A stretch of 64,000 nucleotides of DNA. Origin: a bacterium. GTDB lineage: Bacteria; Krumholzibacteriota; Krumholzibacteriia; LZORAL124-64-63. This document shows, piece by piece, positions 42,375-50,538 of the stretch. Position numbers and translations under genes: made by a program. Every line of letters starts with the position of its first letter. The stretch's first letter is position 1. Below the pieces are notes generated by a model, which saw nothing but the letters and a program-made list of their open reading frames with translations, did not search any database and was not told the origin of the DNA. The stretch lies in NCBI GenBank assembly GCA_031441465.1, contig JANOEP010000046.1:32001-96000 (forward strand), written 5' to 3'.

Positions 42375-43213
42375 GCCGGGCCGCCCTGCTGCCGGTCGAT
42401 CCAGGCTTCGAAGCGGGCGCGGTTGTGGTCGGCCGGCGGTGAGCCGGCGACGGGAGCCGCCGGTTCCGGCGCCGCGGCGCCGGCGGGGACGCCCCCTGCC
42501 GCTCCCGGCGCACAGGGCGTCGCGTCCGCCGTCGCGTCGACCGCTTCCAGGCTGGCGATTTCACGGGCCACGTCGGCGCGCTCCGGGTGCTCGGCCAGCA
42601 GCCGGCGCAGGATCGCGAGCGCCTTCTGACGGTGTCCCTGGGCCAGATAGATCTCGGCCAGGGTCTGGGTCAGGAATCGCGGCGCCGGGCCGATGTCCGC
42701 GACGGGTGGGGACGCCGCCACCGCCGGCGCGGTCTCGGCTGGCGGCGCCCACGGCTGATCGGCCCCGGCCGCCGGTTCGTCGTCGGTCGCCGCATCGGCC
42801 GGGATCATGTCTTCCTGGATCGCAGCTACCGGGAACACTTCCGTCGGGCCACCACCGACCGGCACGTCGACGAATGTCGCCGTTGCGGCCGCGATCCCGG
42901 CGGGCGCCGCCGGTTCGCGATCCGGCAGGGCCAGCAACTGTGGCGCTTCACGGTGGCCGGCATCGCGATCGAGCACCGCGCGGGCCAGGTCGCGCGCCTC
43001 GGCCGGTCGTCCTTGATCACGGCGGACGCGGGCTAGGACGACCCGGGCCGACAGGGAGTCGGCGCACCGTTCGAGCCCCTCCTCGAGCAGGGCCGAGGCG
43101 GCTTCCAGCCGGCCTTCCGCCCGGTAGAGTTCGGCCAGAGGGATGAAGAACCGGTCGCGCGGCCGGCGGTCCTGCTGCATCTCGAAGTAGCGGATCATGC
43201 GATCGTGGGTCAC
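42371..43213 (-). CDS. tetratricopeptide repeat protein with acidic Pro/Ala linker
   Basis: FIPLAELYRAEGRLEAA and TLAEIYLAQGHRQKALAIL TPR motifs; GTG start after GAAGGA. Confidence 0.75.
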   Translation of the reverse strand: MTHDRMIRYFEMQQDRRPRDRFFIPLAELYRAEGRLEAASALLEEGLERCADSLSARVVLARVRRDQGRPAEARDLARAVLDRDAGHREAPQLLALPDREPAAPAGIAAATATFVDVPVGGGPTEVFPVAAIQEDMIPADAATDDEPAAGADQPWAPPAETAPAVAASPPVADIGPAPRFLTQTLAEIYLAQGHRQKALAILRRLLAEHPERADVAREIASLEAVDATADATPCAPGAAGGVPAGAAAPEPAAPVAGSPPADHNRARFEAWIDRQQGGPA

Positions 43214-43297
43214 GCCGTTTCCTTCAACCAACTGGTGATCGTCGCTGCAACGAGCGTGTCGGTCGCGACCCGCGGCGGGCCCGCTGGCCGACGGTTC

Positions 43298-43327
43298 AGT
43301 CTAGGCACTCGCATGGTCCGCCGTCAA
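43298..43327 (-). promoter_or_regulatory. putative sigma70 promoter of TPR-aroQ
   Basis: TTGACG-18 nt-TAGACT. Confidence 0.5.
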
Positions 43328-43345
43328 GCCGCCTGCGGGAATCGT

Positions 43346-44038
43346 TCACAAGATACCCAACCAGGGCCCCAACAGTTCCTGGAACCTGCCGACCAGCAGC
43401 GCCACGCGCCCCATGACGGCCGAACCGAAGGAGGCGCCGAAGGTGATCATCAGCACCAGCAGGCCCCAGCGGGCCACCCGCCCGTAGGCGCCCTTCTGTT
43501 CGCGCGTGTTGACGAAATAGACCAGGCCGCTGACCGTGCCGGCCAGCACCAGCAACTGGGCCAGGCTCTCCTGCCAGAGCCAGCGGCCGGCCGCCGTCGG
43601 GGCCAGCCCCGCGCCGATGGTCGCCTGGATCTGGTAGAGGAAGTCCGAACGCAGGTAACGGACCAGCGAATAGCCGGCGGTGGTGCCGAGGGCGAACGCG
43701 GTGGGCCACTTGCCGAGCCAGGACAACCGCGGCCACAACCGCGCCAGCATCAGCAGACCCAGCGCCGCGGGGATCAGGGCCACGGGGTCCCAGGCGCCCA
43801 CCGGCGCCTCGGGGCTGGACCAGCGGCCAGCGGCCGGGAAGAGCTTCAACACGAGGGCGGGCCACAGGGTCGTCCAGAAGCCCATCACCATCCAGTAGGC
43901 CGCCGACACGCCGACGAACACGTGCTCGGCGAACTTGTAGAACGGGTTGTCCCGCCACAGGAAGGAGAAGACCATCAGGGTCAGCAGCGCGCCGATCCAG
44001 ACCTGCAAGTCCCCGCTGAGGTGGATCGCGGCGATCAC
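43346..44038 (-). CDS. uncharacterised multi-pass membrane protein (DUF6754 cassette gene 4)
   Basis: About 6 hydrophobic segments; motifs RDNPFYKFAEHVFVGVSAAY and MITFGASFGSAVMGR; GTGA overlap. Confidence 0.75.
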   Translation of the reverse strand: MIAAIHLSGDLQVWIGALLTLMVFSFLWRDNPFYKFAEHVFVGVSAAYWMVMGFWTTLWPALVLKLFPAAGRWSSPEAPVGAWDPVALIPAALGLLMLARLWPRLSWLGKWPTAFALGTTAGYSLVRYLRSDFLYQIQATIGAGLAPTAAGRWLWQESLAQLLVLAGTVSGLVYFVNTREQKGAYGRVARWGLLVLMITFGASFGSAVMGRVALLVGRFQELLGPWLGIL

Positions 44039-44910
44039 GGCGTCCTCCGGCGCGCGAGGCGGCGCAGCAGCAGACCCGCGTTGCCCAGCAGGATGAAGGC
44101 GACGATCACCAGGTGCGCCGCCGACTGGGGGCCCATCCCGCGGGTGGCCTGCTGATTGGCGGCCACGAACTCGGGATGGCCCCGGGCGAGCGCGCCCTCG
44201 TACTCGGCCGCCCCCTTCAAGGCGCTCATCAGGCCGAGGATCTGCAACGGGTAGTAGGGGAAGAACTGCGGGGCGCCCACGCCGGTACAACCGCCGGCGA
44301 GCGGCACGTCCAGCACATCGCCGGCGTAGAGGATCCACTCCTTGAGACCCGGCTGCCCCGCCGAAAGGCTGACGATCAGGCCGAAGTCGGCCAGGCCGCG
44401 CACGCCGCGCAGCGCGGCGATCTGCCGCAGCGGCCGGCCGGCGACGTCCGTGGGGTAGCGCGCGGTCAGCGAATCGCGCAGGCTGTTGATGAGCATCTCC
44501 CCGCCGACCTGGAAGCCGAGCGAGACCCAGTCGCGGCCGGGGGCGGCCTGCGGGAATTCCCGCGCGATGACGCGCTCCTCCACGCGCGAGATCATGTTGT
44601 TGCCCGTGGGGTACAGCGACATGTAGCAGATCGGGTGGCCGGTCAGCAGCGCGTGCTGGGTCAAGGCGTCGGCCATGGGCTCGAGTTCCGGGGCGGAGCT
44701 GGGCGAGTAGTCCAGCGACAACAGGATCGGCGCTCCGGCCGGCAGGTTTTCGATGCGGTCGTAGATCGGCTGAACGACGGAGGTGGCCCGATCGGGCGTG
44801 CTCACGCCGGTGAGCAGCGACACCACGACGACCGCGGCCAGCACCAGGAAGATCCAGCGCCGGTCCAGGGACTCCAGCCGCGAGGCGAGCCGATCGTACC
44901 GGTGGATCAC
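44035..44910 (-). CDS. uncharacterised membrane-anchored protein (DUF6754 cassette gene 3)
   Basis: N- and C-terminal TM around a soluble domain; SLDYSPSSAPELEPM, LKGAAEYE, GMGPQSAAHL. Confidence 0.75.
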   Translation of the reverse strand: MIHRYDRLASRLESLDRRWIFLVLAAVVVVSLLTGVSTPDRATSVVQPIYDRIENLPAGAPILLSLDYSPSSAPELEPMADALTQHALLTGHPICYMSLYPTGNNMISRVEERVIAREFPQAAPGRDWVSLGFQVGGEMLINSLRDSLTARYPTDVAGRPLRQIAALRGVRGLADFGLIVSLSAGQPGLKEWILYAGDVLDVPLAGGCTGVGAPQFFPYYPLQILGLMSALKGAAEYEGALARGHPEFVAANQQATRGMGPQSAAHLVIVAFILLGNAGLLLRRLARRRTP

Positions 44911-45632
44911 GACCCGTCACCTCCGGAGCGGGGGTCCTTCTCCAGGCCGGCGATCATGCGCACCGCCAGGGCGATGACGCCCAGGGCGATCCCGATCATC
45001 AGGGCCCGCTGCCCGGCGGTGTTGGGCACGCGCAGGATCCAGAGGGACAGTTCCTCGACCCGCAGGAAGGCGACGGGCTCCGGGATCCAGGCCGTCAGGT
45101 AGCGCCCGGCGGGGATGCGGCCGAGCAGGACCACCAGGGCCGAGGCCAGCAGCAGGGTCGACTCGAGGGACCGCGCGCGGAAGGCGCGGTACGAGGCCGA
45201 CGCGATGTAGAAGGCCAGCAGGCTGTAGAGCGTCGCGTGCAGCGGGCTGAGCACCGCATCGAACACCGTGCTCAGCCAGCTGCCGGGCGCGGTGACGTCG
45301 CCCTGCAGGCCGGGCGGGCCGCCCAGCTTGGCCATGCCGACCACCAGCACGATCACGAACGAGACCAGGGTGACGAGGGAGTAGTAGCGGTCCGGACCGC
45401 GGTCCCTGATCTTCACCAGGTGCGTCGCGACGAGGTTCAAGCCGCCGAGCAGGAAAGCGAAGACCGTCAGGATGCTGAACCAGGTGGCGAACTCCTGGTC
45501 GGCGAAAGCCAGCATCCGCTGCACGTAGGGCGCGTTCCCGTCCTCGGGACGGGCGATGAAAGCCGAGATGATCAGCAGCACCGCCGTGACGGACAGGATG
45601 ATCTGCGGCACGCGCTGCTTCACGGGGCTCAC
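44907..45632 (-). CDS. uncharacterised multi-pass membrane protein (DUF6754 cassette gene 2)
   Basis: About 6 TM; YSLLAFYIASASYRAFRAR, LLGRIP, WILRVPNTAGQRALMIG; GTGA overlap (alternative GTG 45623). Confidence 0.75.
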   Translation of the reverse strand: MSPVKQRVPQIILSVTAVLLIISAFIARPEDGNAPYVQRMLAFADQEFATWFSILTVFAFLLGGLNLVATHLVKIRDRGPDRYYSLVTLVSFVIVLVVGMAKLGGPPGLQGDVTAPGSWLSTVFDAVLSPLHATLYSLLAFYIASASYRAFRARSLESTLLLASALVVLLGRIPAGRYLTAWIPEPVAFLRVEELSLWILRVPNTAGQRALMIGIALGVIALAVRMIAGLEKDPRSGGDGS

Positions 45633-46441
45633 CCCGCCCGGAAGACGTTGAGGAAGGCGTCGCGCAGGAACGTCCAAGGCGCCGCCCCGGTCACGTCCGC
45701 CACGGTCACCACCAGGCTGCCCGCGACGAGGCAGACCGCGGCCGCGAGTTTGCAGAGATCCTGGCCGCGCAGGCTGCCGAGCCGGGCGGCGTCGCCCTCC
45801 AGGGAAGCGGCCGCGGCGAAGAGTTCCTCGCCGAGCAGCACGTGATCGCACGACGCCACCAGGAAGGGCAGCTGGACCGCGCTGGCGGTGCCCGCGATCT
45901 GGACCGCTCCGACCTGGTGCCCACCTTCGGCCAGCAGCAGCGATTCCGAGGCGAAGAAGCCCATCAGGACGCAGAGGCCAGGGCGCTCGCGGGCGATGAG
46001 CCCGTCCACCCGCGCCACGAAACCGAGGTGGTCGTCCGAGATGTAGGCCACCCAGTCGTCGCGCCAGAGATCGGCGCGGCCGGCGTCGGCGTAGGCGAGG
46101 CGGCAGATCTCACGCGCGTTGTCCATGACCAGGCTGCGGTTGGTCGGGACGAACAGGCGGCCGCCGGCTTCGGCGACCTTGCGCGCGAGCGGCCGCAGCA
46201 CGGCCAGCGCCGCGACCGTCTGCATGTTGTCGAGATCCTGGGAGCCGGCGACGAAGTAGACGGGCCGTCCGGCGGCGACGGCGTCGGCGACGGCGCGGTC
46301 GAGGGCGAGCAGAGGCGGCAGGGCGCGCACCGACACCGTGGCGCCGCGGCGGGCCCGCAGGACCGAGAACCCGATCAGGGCGCACACGAACGCGCCGACC
46401 AGGGCGACGTTCCAGGTCCCGGGTGCGAGCCAGCCGCTCAC
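45629..46441 (-). CDS. DUF6754-like membrane-anchored protein (cassette gene 1)
   Basis: GRPVYF, FFASESLLLAEGG, GAVQIAGT, QLPFLVASCDHVLLGEELFAA, LGSLRGQD; family name from recall. Confidence 0.72.
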   Translation of the reverse strand: MSGWLAPGTWNVALVGAFVCALIGFSVLRARRGATVSVRALPPLLALDRAVADAVAAGRPVYFVAGSQDLDNMQTVAALAVLRPLARKVAEAGGRLFVPTNRSLVMDNAREICRLAYADAGRADLWRDDWVAYISDDHLGFVARVDGLIARERPGLCVLMGFFASESLLLAEGGHQVGAVQIAGTASAVQLPFLVASCDHVLLGEELFAAAASLEGDAARLGSLRGQDLCKLAAAVCLVAGSLVVTVADVTGAAPWTFLRDAFLNVFRAG

Positions 46442-46731
46442 GGGCCCGTCTCCGGACGCGGGCCTTCCAGCAGGTCCAGCAGGCGGTCGAAGTGGCAGCG
46501 CTGCTCCAGGATGCGCGCCAGGCGCGCCGTACCGGAGCGCGGCACCACGAGATCGCAGAAGGGACTCGCGACGTGCAGGGCCTGCGAGCCCAGGAACGAC
46601 AGCGGGCTGGAACTCGCGAGCCACAGCAGGGCCGGCGTCGCCAGGCCCGCGCCGCGCACGCGCGCCGCCAGGCCGGCGAGGAACGCGTCGTCGGCGGGGT
46701 CGAGGCTCGGCGGGCGGCCGGCGTCGCTCAT
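46438..46731 (-). CDS. small hypothetical protein
   Basis: 97-aa ORF overlapping both neighbours by ATGA/GTGA; GLATPALLWLASSSPLSFLGSQAL. Confidence 0.65.
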   Translation of the reverse strand: MSDAGRPPSLDPADDAFLAGLAARVRGAGLATPALLWLASSSPLSFLGSQALHVASPFCDLVVPRSGTARLARILEQRCHFDRLLDLLEGPRPETGP

Positions 46732-48389
46732 GTCACCTTCGCCTTCACGTGGGCGGTCACCACCACCATGTCGTCCAGCAGCCCCTCGCTACAGGCGAGC
46801 GGATCGCTGCACGCGAGCTTGGCCAGGAACTCGCGCGGGGTCTCCCCGTCCGGCGGCAGAACGGCGACCGCACAACCGGCGGCGCAGGTCGCGGCGCCGT
46901 CGCGCACGGCCGCCAGGGCCAGGCGGGCGTTCACCCGGCTCATCACGGCGACGGCCGCCGCCTCGGCGTACCCCGCCGCGGCCAGCGCGGCCGCGCGGCG
47001 GCAGAAGGCGCCGGCCACCTCGCAGGCGGTCATCATGTCGGCCAGACGGAACAGCACCGACTGGCGGCCGTTCGTCTTGCGGGCGTGCACGAACTGGATC
47101 GTCGCGTTGAGGTCGCGGACGGCCGCGGCGGCGAGACCGGCGCCCACCTCGCCGTGGGAGACGTGGAGCGCGTCGAGGCCGGCGGCTGCTTCCTCGTACC
47201 AGGCGCCCCGGGTGCGCACGGTCGACTTCCAGCGGTACAGACCGATGATGCTCTGCTGGATCTCGCTGGTGCCTTCGTAGATCGTCGTGATGCGAACGTC
47301 GCGCTTGATCTTCTCGACCATGTACTCGCGTGCGTAGCCGTAGCCGCCCAGGGCCTGGATGGCCGCCTCGGCCGCCCGGTTGCCGGCCTCGGTGCACCAG
47401 TACTTGGCGATCGAGCCCTCGACCTGCAGGTCGCGCTCGCCGCCGTCGAGGCGCAGGGCGATCTCCTCCACGTAGGCGCGGCCGGCGGCCAGCGCGATCC
47501 AGTGGGGCGTGATGAGCTTGCTGCTGTAGCCTTCCTTGTCGATCAGAGGCGCGCCGAACTGGATGCGTTCGCGGGCGTAGCGCACGGCCCGGTCGAGCGC
47601 CGCCTGGCCGGCGCCCAGGCCGAACGCGCCGACCATCACCCGCGTGTAGCCGAACACGGCGTTGGCCTGTTTCAGCCCCTGGCCCTCCACGCCGCCGATC
47701 AAATGGGAGACCGGGACCTCCACGTCCTCCAGCACGACGCCGCTGGTGTCCGAGGCGCGGATGCCGTGCTTGTCCTCGTGCTTGCCGGCGCTGAGGCCGG
47801 GTGTCGCGCGCTCCACGACGAAGAACGAGGGACCATCGGGCGTCTTGGCCAGGATGGTGTACAGCTCGGCCACGCCGCCGTTGGTGATGAACTGCTTGGT
47901 GCCGTTGAGGCGGTACCCGGTGACGGCGCCGGCGGCGTCGGTCAGGCGGTCGGCGCGCGTCTGCAGCGCGGCCACGTTGCTGCCGGCGGCGGGTTCGGTC
48001 ACGCCGTAGGCGACGATCAGGCCTTCGGCGGCGATGCGGCCCAGCCAGTGGTCCTTCTGCTGCGGCGTGCCGCCGACGATGATCGGGTCGGTGCCCAGGC
48101 AGATCGCCAGGAAGGCGGTCGCCACGCCCAGGTCGATGGCGGCCATCTCCTCGCTGACGCGGCAGATGTCCAGGGCGCCGCCGCCGAGCCCGCCGACGGC
48201 CTCGGGCAGGAAGATCAGGTGCAGGCCGACGTTGGGCGAGAGCAGCTCCCTGATGAAGGCGACGGGGAACTCGTCGCGCGCATCCAGGCCGAGCAGGATG
48301 TCGTCGGGCAGGTCCCGTTGCACGACCTGGCGCAGCGTCTGGACGATCATCTCGCGCATCTCGGGCGACAGGCCGGCGGTCTGGGTCAT
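46728..48389 (-). CDS. acyl-CoA dehydrogenase with C-terminal extension
   Basis: AYGVTEPAAGSN, LNGTKQFITNG, KHGIRAS, ERIQFG, QALGGYGY, catalytic IYEGTSEIQ; AGGAG RBS. Confidence 0.9.
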   Translation of the reverse strand: MTQTAGLSPEMREMIVQTLRQVVQRDLPDDILLGLDARDEFPVAFIRELLSPNVGLHLIFLPEAVGGLGGGALDICRVSEEMAAIDLGVATAFLAICLGTDPIIVGGTPQQKDHWLGRIAAEGLIVAYGVTEPAAGSNVAALQTRADRLTDAAGAVTGYRLNGTKQFITNGGVAELYTILAKTPDGPSFFVVERATPGLSAGKHEDKHGIRASDTSGVVLEDVEVPVSHLIGGVEGQGLKQANAVFGYTRVMVGAFGLGAGQAALDRAVRYARERIQFGAPLIDKEGYSSKLITPHWIALAAGRAYVEEIALRLDGGERDLQVEGSIAKYWCTEAGNRAAEAAIQALGGYGYAREYMVEKIKRDVRITTIYEGTSEIQQSIIGLYRWKSTVRTRGAWYEEAAAGLDALHVSHGEVGAGLAAAAVRDLNATIQFVHARKTNGRQSVLFRLADMMTACEVAGAFCRRAAALAAAGYAEAAAVAVMSRVNARLALAAVRDGAATCAAGCAVAVLPPDGETPREFLAKLACSDPLACSEGLLDDMVVVTAHVKAKVT

Positions 48390-48430
48390 GATTCACTCCT
48401 GATGAACGGTGGCGGATGGTGGCGACGGTC

Positions 48431-49357
48431 TCAGAGGACCGAACCCTGATCGAAGCGCAGGCGGCCTTGTGCGAGCAGGACGCCGTGCCCGCCCACGCGG
48501 ATCGCGCCGCAACGGCCGTCGTGGACCTCGGCCTCGGCGTACAGGCGGCTCGGGCGCCTCATTTCCAGTCCCTGCTCGCAGACGATGCGGACGTGGGGCT
48601 GCGGCGGCACCAGGCGGTGCTTGATCATGTACGCGATCAAGGCGCCCGCGGCGCTGCCGGTCGCCGCGTCCTCGGGGATGCCGAAGTCCTGGGCGAACAT
48701 GCGGCAGTGCACGTCGACCCCGGCGCCCTCGGCCTCGCAGGTGAAGACGAAGAGGTCGCCGAAGCCGAGGTCGCGGGAGATCTCCCGCGCCGCGGCCCGA
48801 TCGAAGCGGATGGACTGCACGGCCTCGAGCGAACCCATCGGGACGATGTGGATGGGCAGGCCCGCCGAGACGATCTCGCAGGGCAGGCCCGTGATGGCGA
48901 TGTCCGTTTCCTCGACGCCCAGCGCCCGGGCCACCTTGCCCCGCTGGTAGTACTGCCCGATGAACTCCGCGGGCTCGTGGACCAGCGAGTACAGCGTGGC
49001 GCCGTCGACTTCCGACAGCACGACGGGGAACTCGCCGGCCTCGGTCCGCCAGTGGAAGCGGGTCTCGTCGCCCCCCCGTGCGATCCGGCCGCAGGCGTCC
49101 AGGCCGCAGGTGGCGCCCAGGATCGAAAGCCCCGACAAGGGGATCTCCCCCTTGGGCGTGAAGATCCGCAGCCGGGCGCGGTTGACGCCGCCGGGGTCCG
49201 GCTCCGCGAACACCGTCTCGCCGGTGCCCATCTCGCGGGCGATGACCTGGAGCAGGGCGGTCGGCACGCCGGCCGCGTCGGGGAACAGCGTCAGACGGCT
49301 GCCGCCGAACGGCACGCGCGTGTACAGGTCCAGGTGCATGAATTCGCGTTCGAACAA
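48431..49357 (-). CDS. PhzF family (DapF-like fold) isomerase
   Basis: GETVF, LRIFTP.GEIP, VSAGLP, CRMFA, EDAATGSA, EQGLEMRRPS; start uncertain (TTG 49357, ATG 49339 or ATG 49402). Confidence 0.82.
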   Translation of the reverse strand: MFEREFMHLDLYTRVPFGGSRLTLFPDAAGVPTALLQVIAREMGTGETVFAEPDPGGVNRARLRIFTPKGEIPLSGLSILGATCGLDACGRIARGGDETRFHWRTEAGEFPVVLSEVDGATLYSLVHEPAEFIGQYYQRGKVARALGVEETDIAITGLPCEIVSAGLPIHIVPMGSLEAVQSIRFDRAAAREISRDLGFGDLFVFTCEAEGAGVDVHCRMFAQDFGIPEDAATGSAAGALIAYMIKHRLVPPQPHVRIVCEQGLEMRRPSRLYAEAEVHDGRCGAIRVGGHGVLLAQGRLRFDQGSVL

Positions 49358-49400
49358 GCGGATCCCCGTGGTTGCGTTGGGCTGCGGCAACTCAGCGGGC

Positions 49401-49429
49401 ATCCTAACCGCTCGCCCGCGGCGGTGCAA
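49401..49429 (-). promoter_or_regulatory. putative sigma70 promoter of phzF-ACAD-DUF6754 unit
   Basis: TTGCAC-17 nt-TAGGAT. Confidence 0.5.
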
Positions 49430-49468
49430 GCAGGGGATGACGGGCAGGGGTGGCGGGGGGGGGCGCCG

Positions 49469-49837
49469 TCAGTCGAGGACCACGACGGCCATGGCGATCT
49501 CGCGCTCGTGGCTGAGGGACAGCAGGACGCGCCCTCCCCCGCGCTCGCGCAGGGCCTCCGCCGCGCCGCCGTGCAACCGCAGGACCGCAGGACCGCCCTC
49601 GCAGTGGACGACCTCGACGTCGCGGTAGGCGATCGGGCCGGCGACTCCGATCGCCTTGACGAAGGCCTCCTTCGCCGCCCAACGCGAGGCGAGGGTGGCC
49701 GGACCCTGGGCGCCGCGCCGCGCCGCCAGGGCGATCTCGTCGGGCCGGAAGCAGCGCTGCAGGAAGCGATCGCCGTGACGCTCGACCGCGGTGCGGATGC
49801 GCGCGACCTCGACGATGTCGCTGCCGAGCCCGCGCAT
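49469..49837 (-). CDS. acpS: holo-ACP synthase
   Basis: GLGSDIVEVARI, LASRWAAKEAFVKA, LSLSHE. Confidence 0.92.
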   Translation of the reverse strand: MRGLGSDIVEVARIRTAVERHGDRFLQRCFRPDEIALAARRGAQGPATLASRWAAKEAFVKAIGVAGPIAYRDVEVVHCEGGPAVLRLHGGAAEALRERGGGRVLLSLSHEREIAMAVVVLD

Positions 49838-50538
49838 CAGTAGGCTCCCTTGCGCTCGATCACGGCGGGGATCGTGCGCGACAGGATCCGCAGGTCGAAG
49901 ACCGGCCCGCGCCGCCGCACGTACTCGAGATCCAGTTCCATCCAGTCCTCGAAATCCAAGTGGCTGCGCCCCGACACCTGCCACAGGCAGGTCAGCCCGG
50001 GCTTCACCTGGAGCCGCCGCGCCTGGGCGGGCGTGTACGCGGCCACCTCGCTGGGGATCTGCGGACGCGGGCCGACCACCGACATCTCGCCGCGCAGCAC
50101 GTTGTACAGCTGCGGGAACTCGTCGAGGCTGCTGCGCCGCAGGAAACGGCCGACGCCGGTGATGCGGGGGTCGCGCTCGATCTTGAAGGCGGCGCCGCTG
50201 GCCTCGTTCAGGTGGGCGAGGTCGTCCTTGCGGGTCTCGGCGTCCACGACCATCGAGCGGAACTTGTAGCAGTCGAAGGCGCGCCCCCGCAGGCCGACGC
50301 GGCGCTGGCGGAAGAACACCGGGCCCGGGGTGTCGAGCCTGATCAGGATGACGAGCAGCGGGAAGACCGGCAGCACCAGCAGCAGGCCGACGGCGGCTCC
50401 CAGGAGGTCCACGAGGCGCTTGACCGCGGCGCCGGCGGGATTGGCGGTGGGCACGGGCCCGTGGGGGTCGCGCGCGATGAAGGCGGCGTAGCCGCCGGCG
50501 GCGGCGTAGACATCCGCGTCGTCGAGGTGAGGGCTCAC
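49837..50538 (-). CDS. small monotopic phosphoglycosyl transferase (bacterial sugar transferase)
   Basis: KRLVD, GPVFFRQRRVG, YKFRSM, DPRIT, SLDEFPQLYNVLRGEMSVVGPRP, KPGLTCLWQVSGR. Confidence 0.9.
   Translation of the reverse strand: MSPHLDDADVYAAAGGYAAFIARDPHGPVPTANPAGAAVKRLVDLLGAAVGLLLVLPVFPLLVILIRLDTPGPVFFRQRRVGLRGRAFDCYKFRSMVVDAETRKDDLAHLNEASGAAFKIERDPRITGVGRFLRRSSLDEFPQLYNVLRGEMSVVGPRPQIPSEVAAYTPAQARRLQVKPGLTCLWQVSGRSHLDFEDWMELDLEYVRRRGPVFDLRILSRTIPAVIERKGAY

Noticed and set aside
48431..49429. Phenazine biosynthesis cluster
   Set aside because: Only a lone PhzF-family gene; no phzA/B/D/E/G nearby
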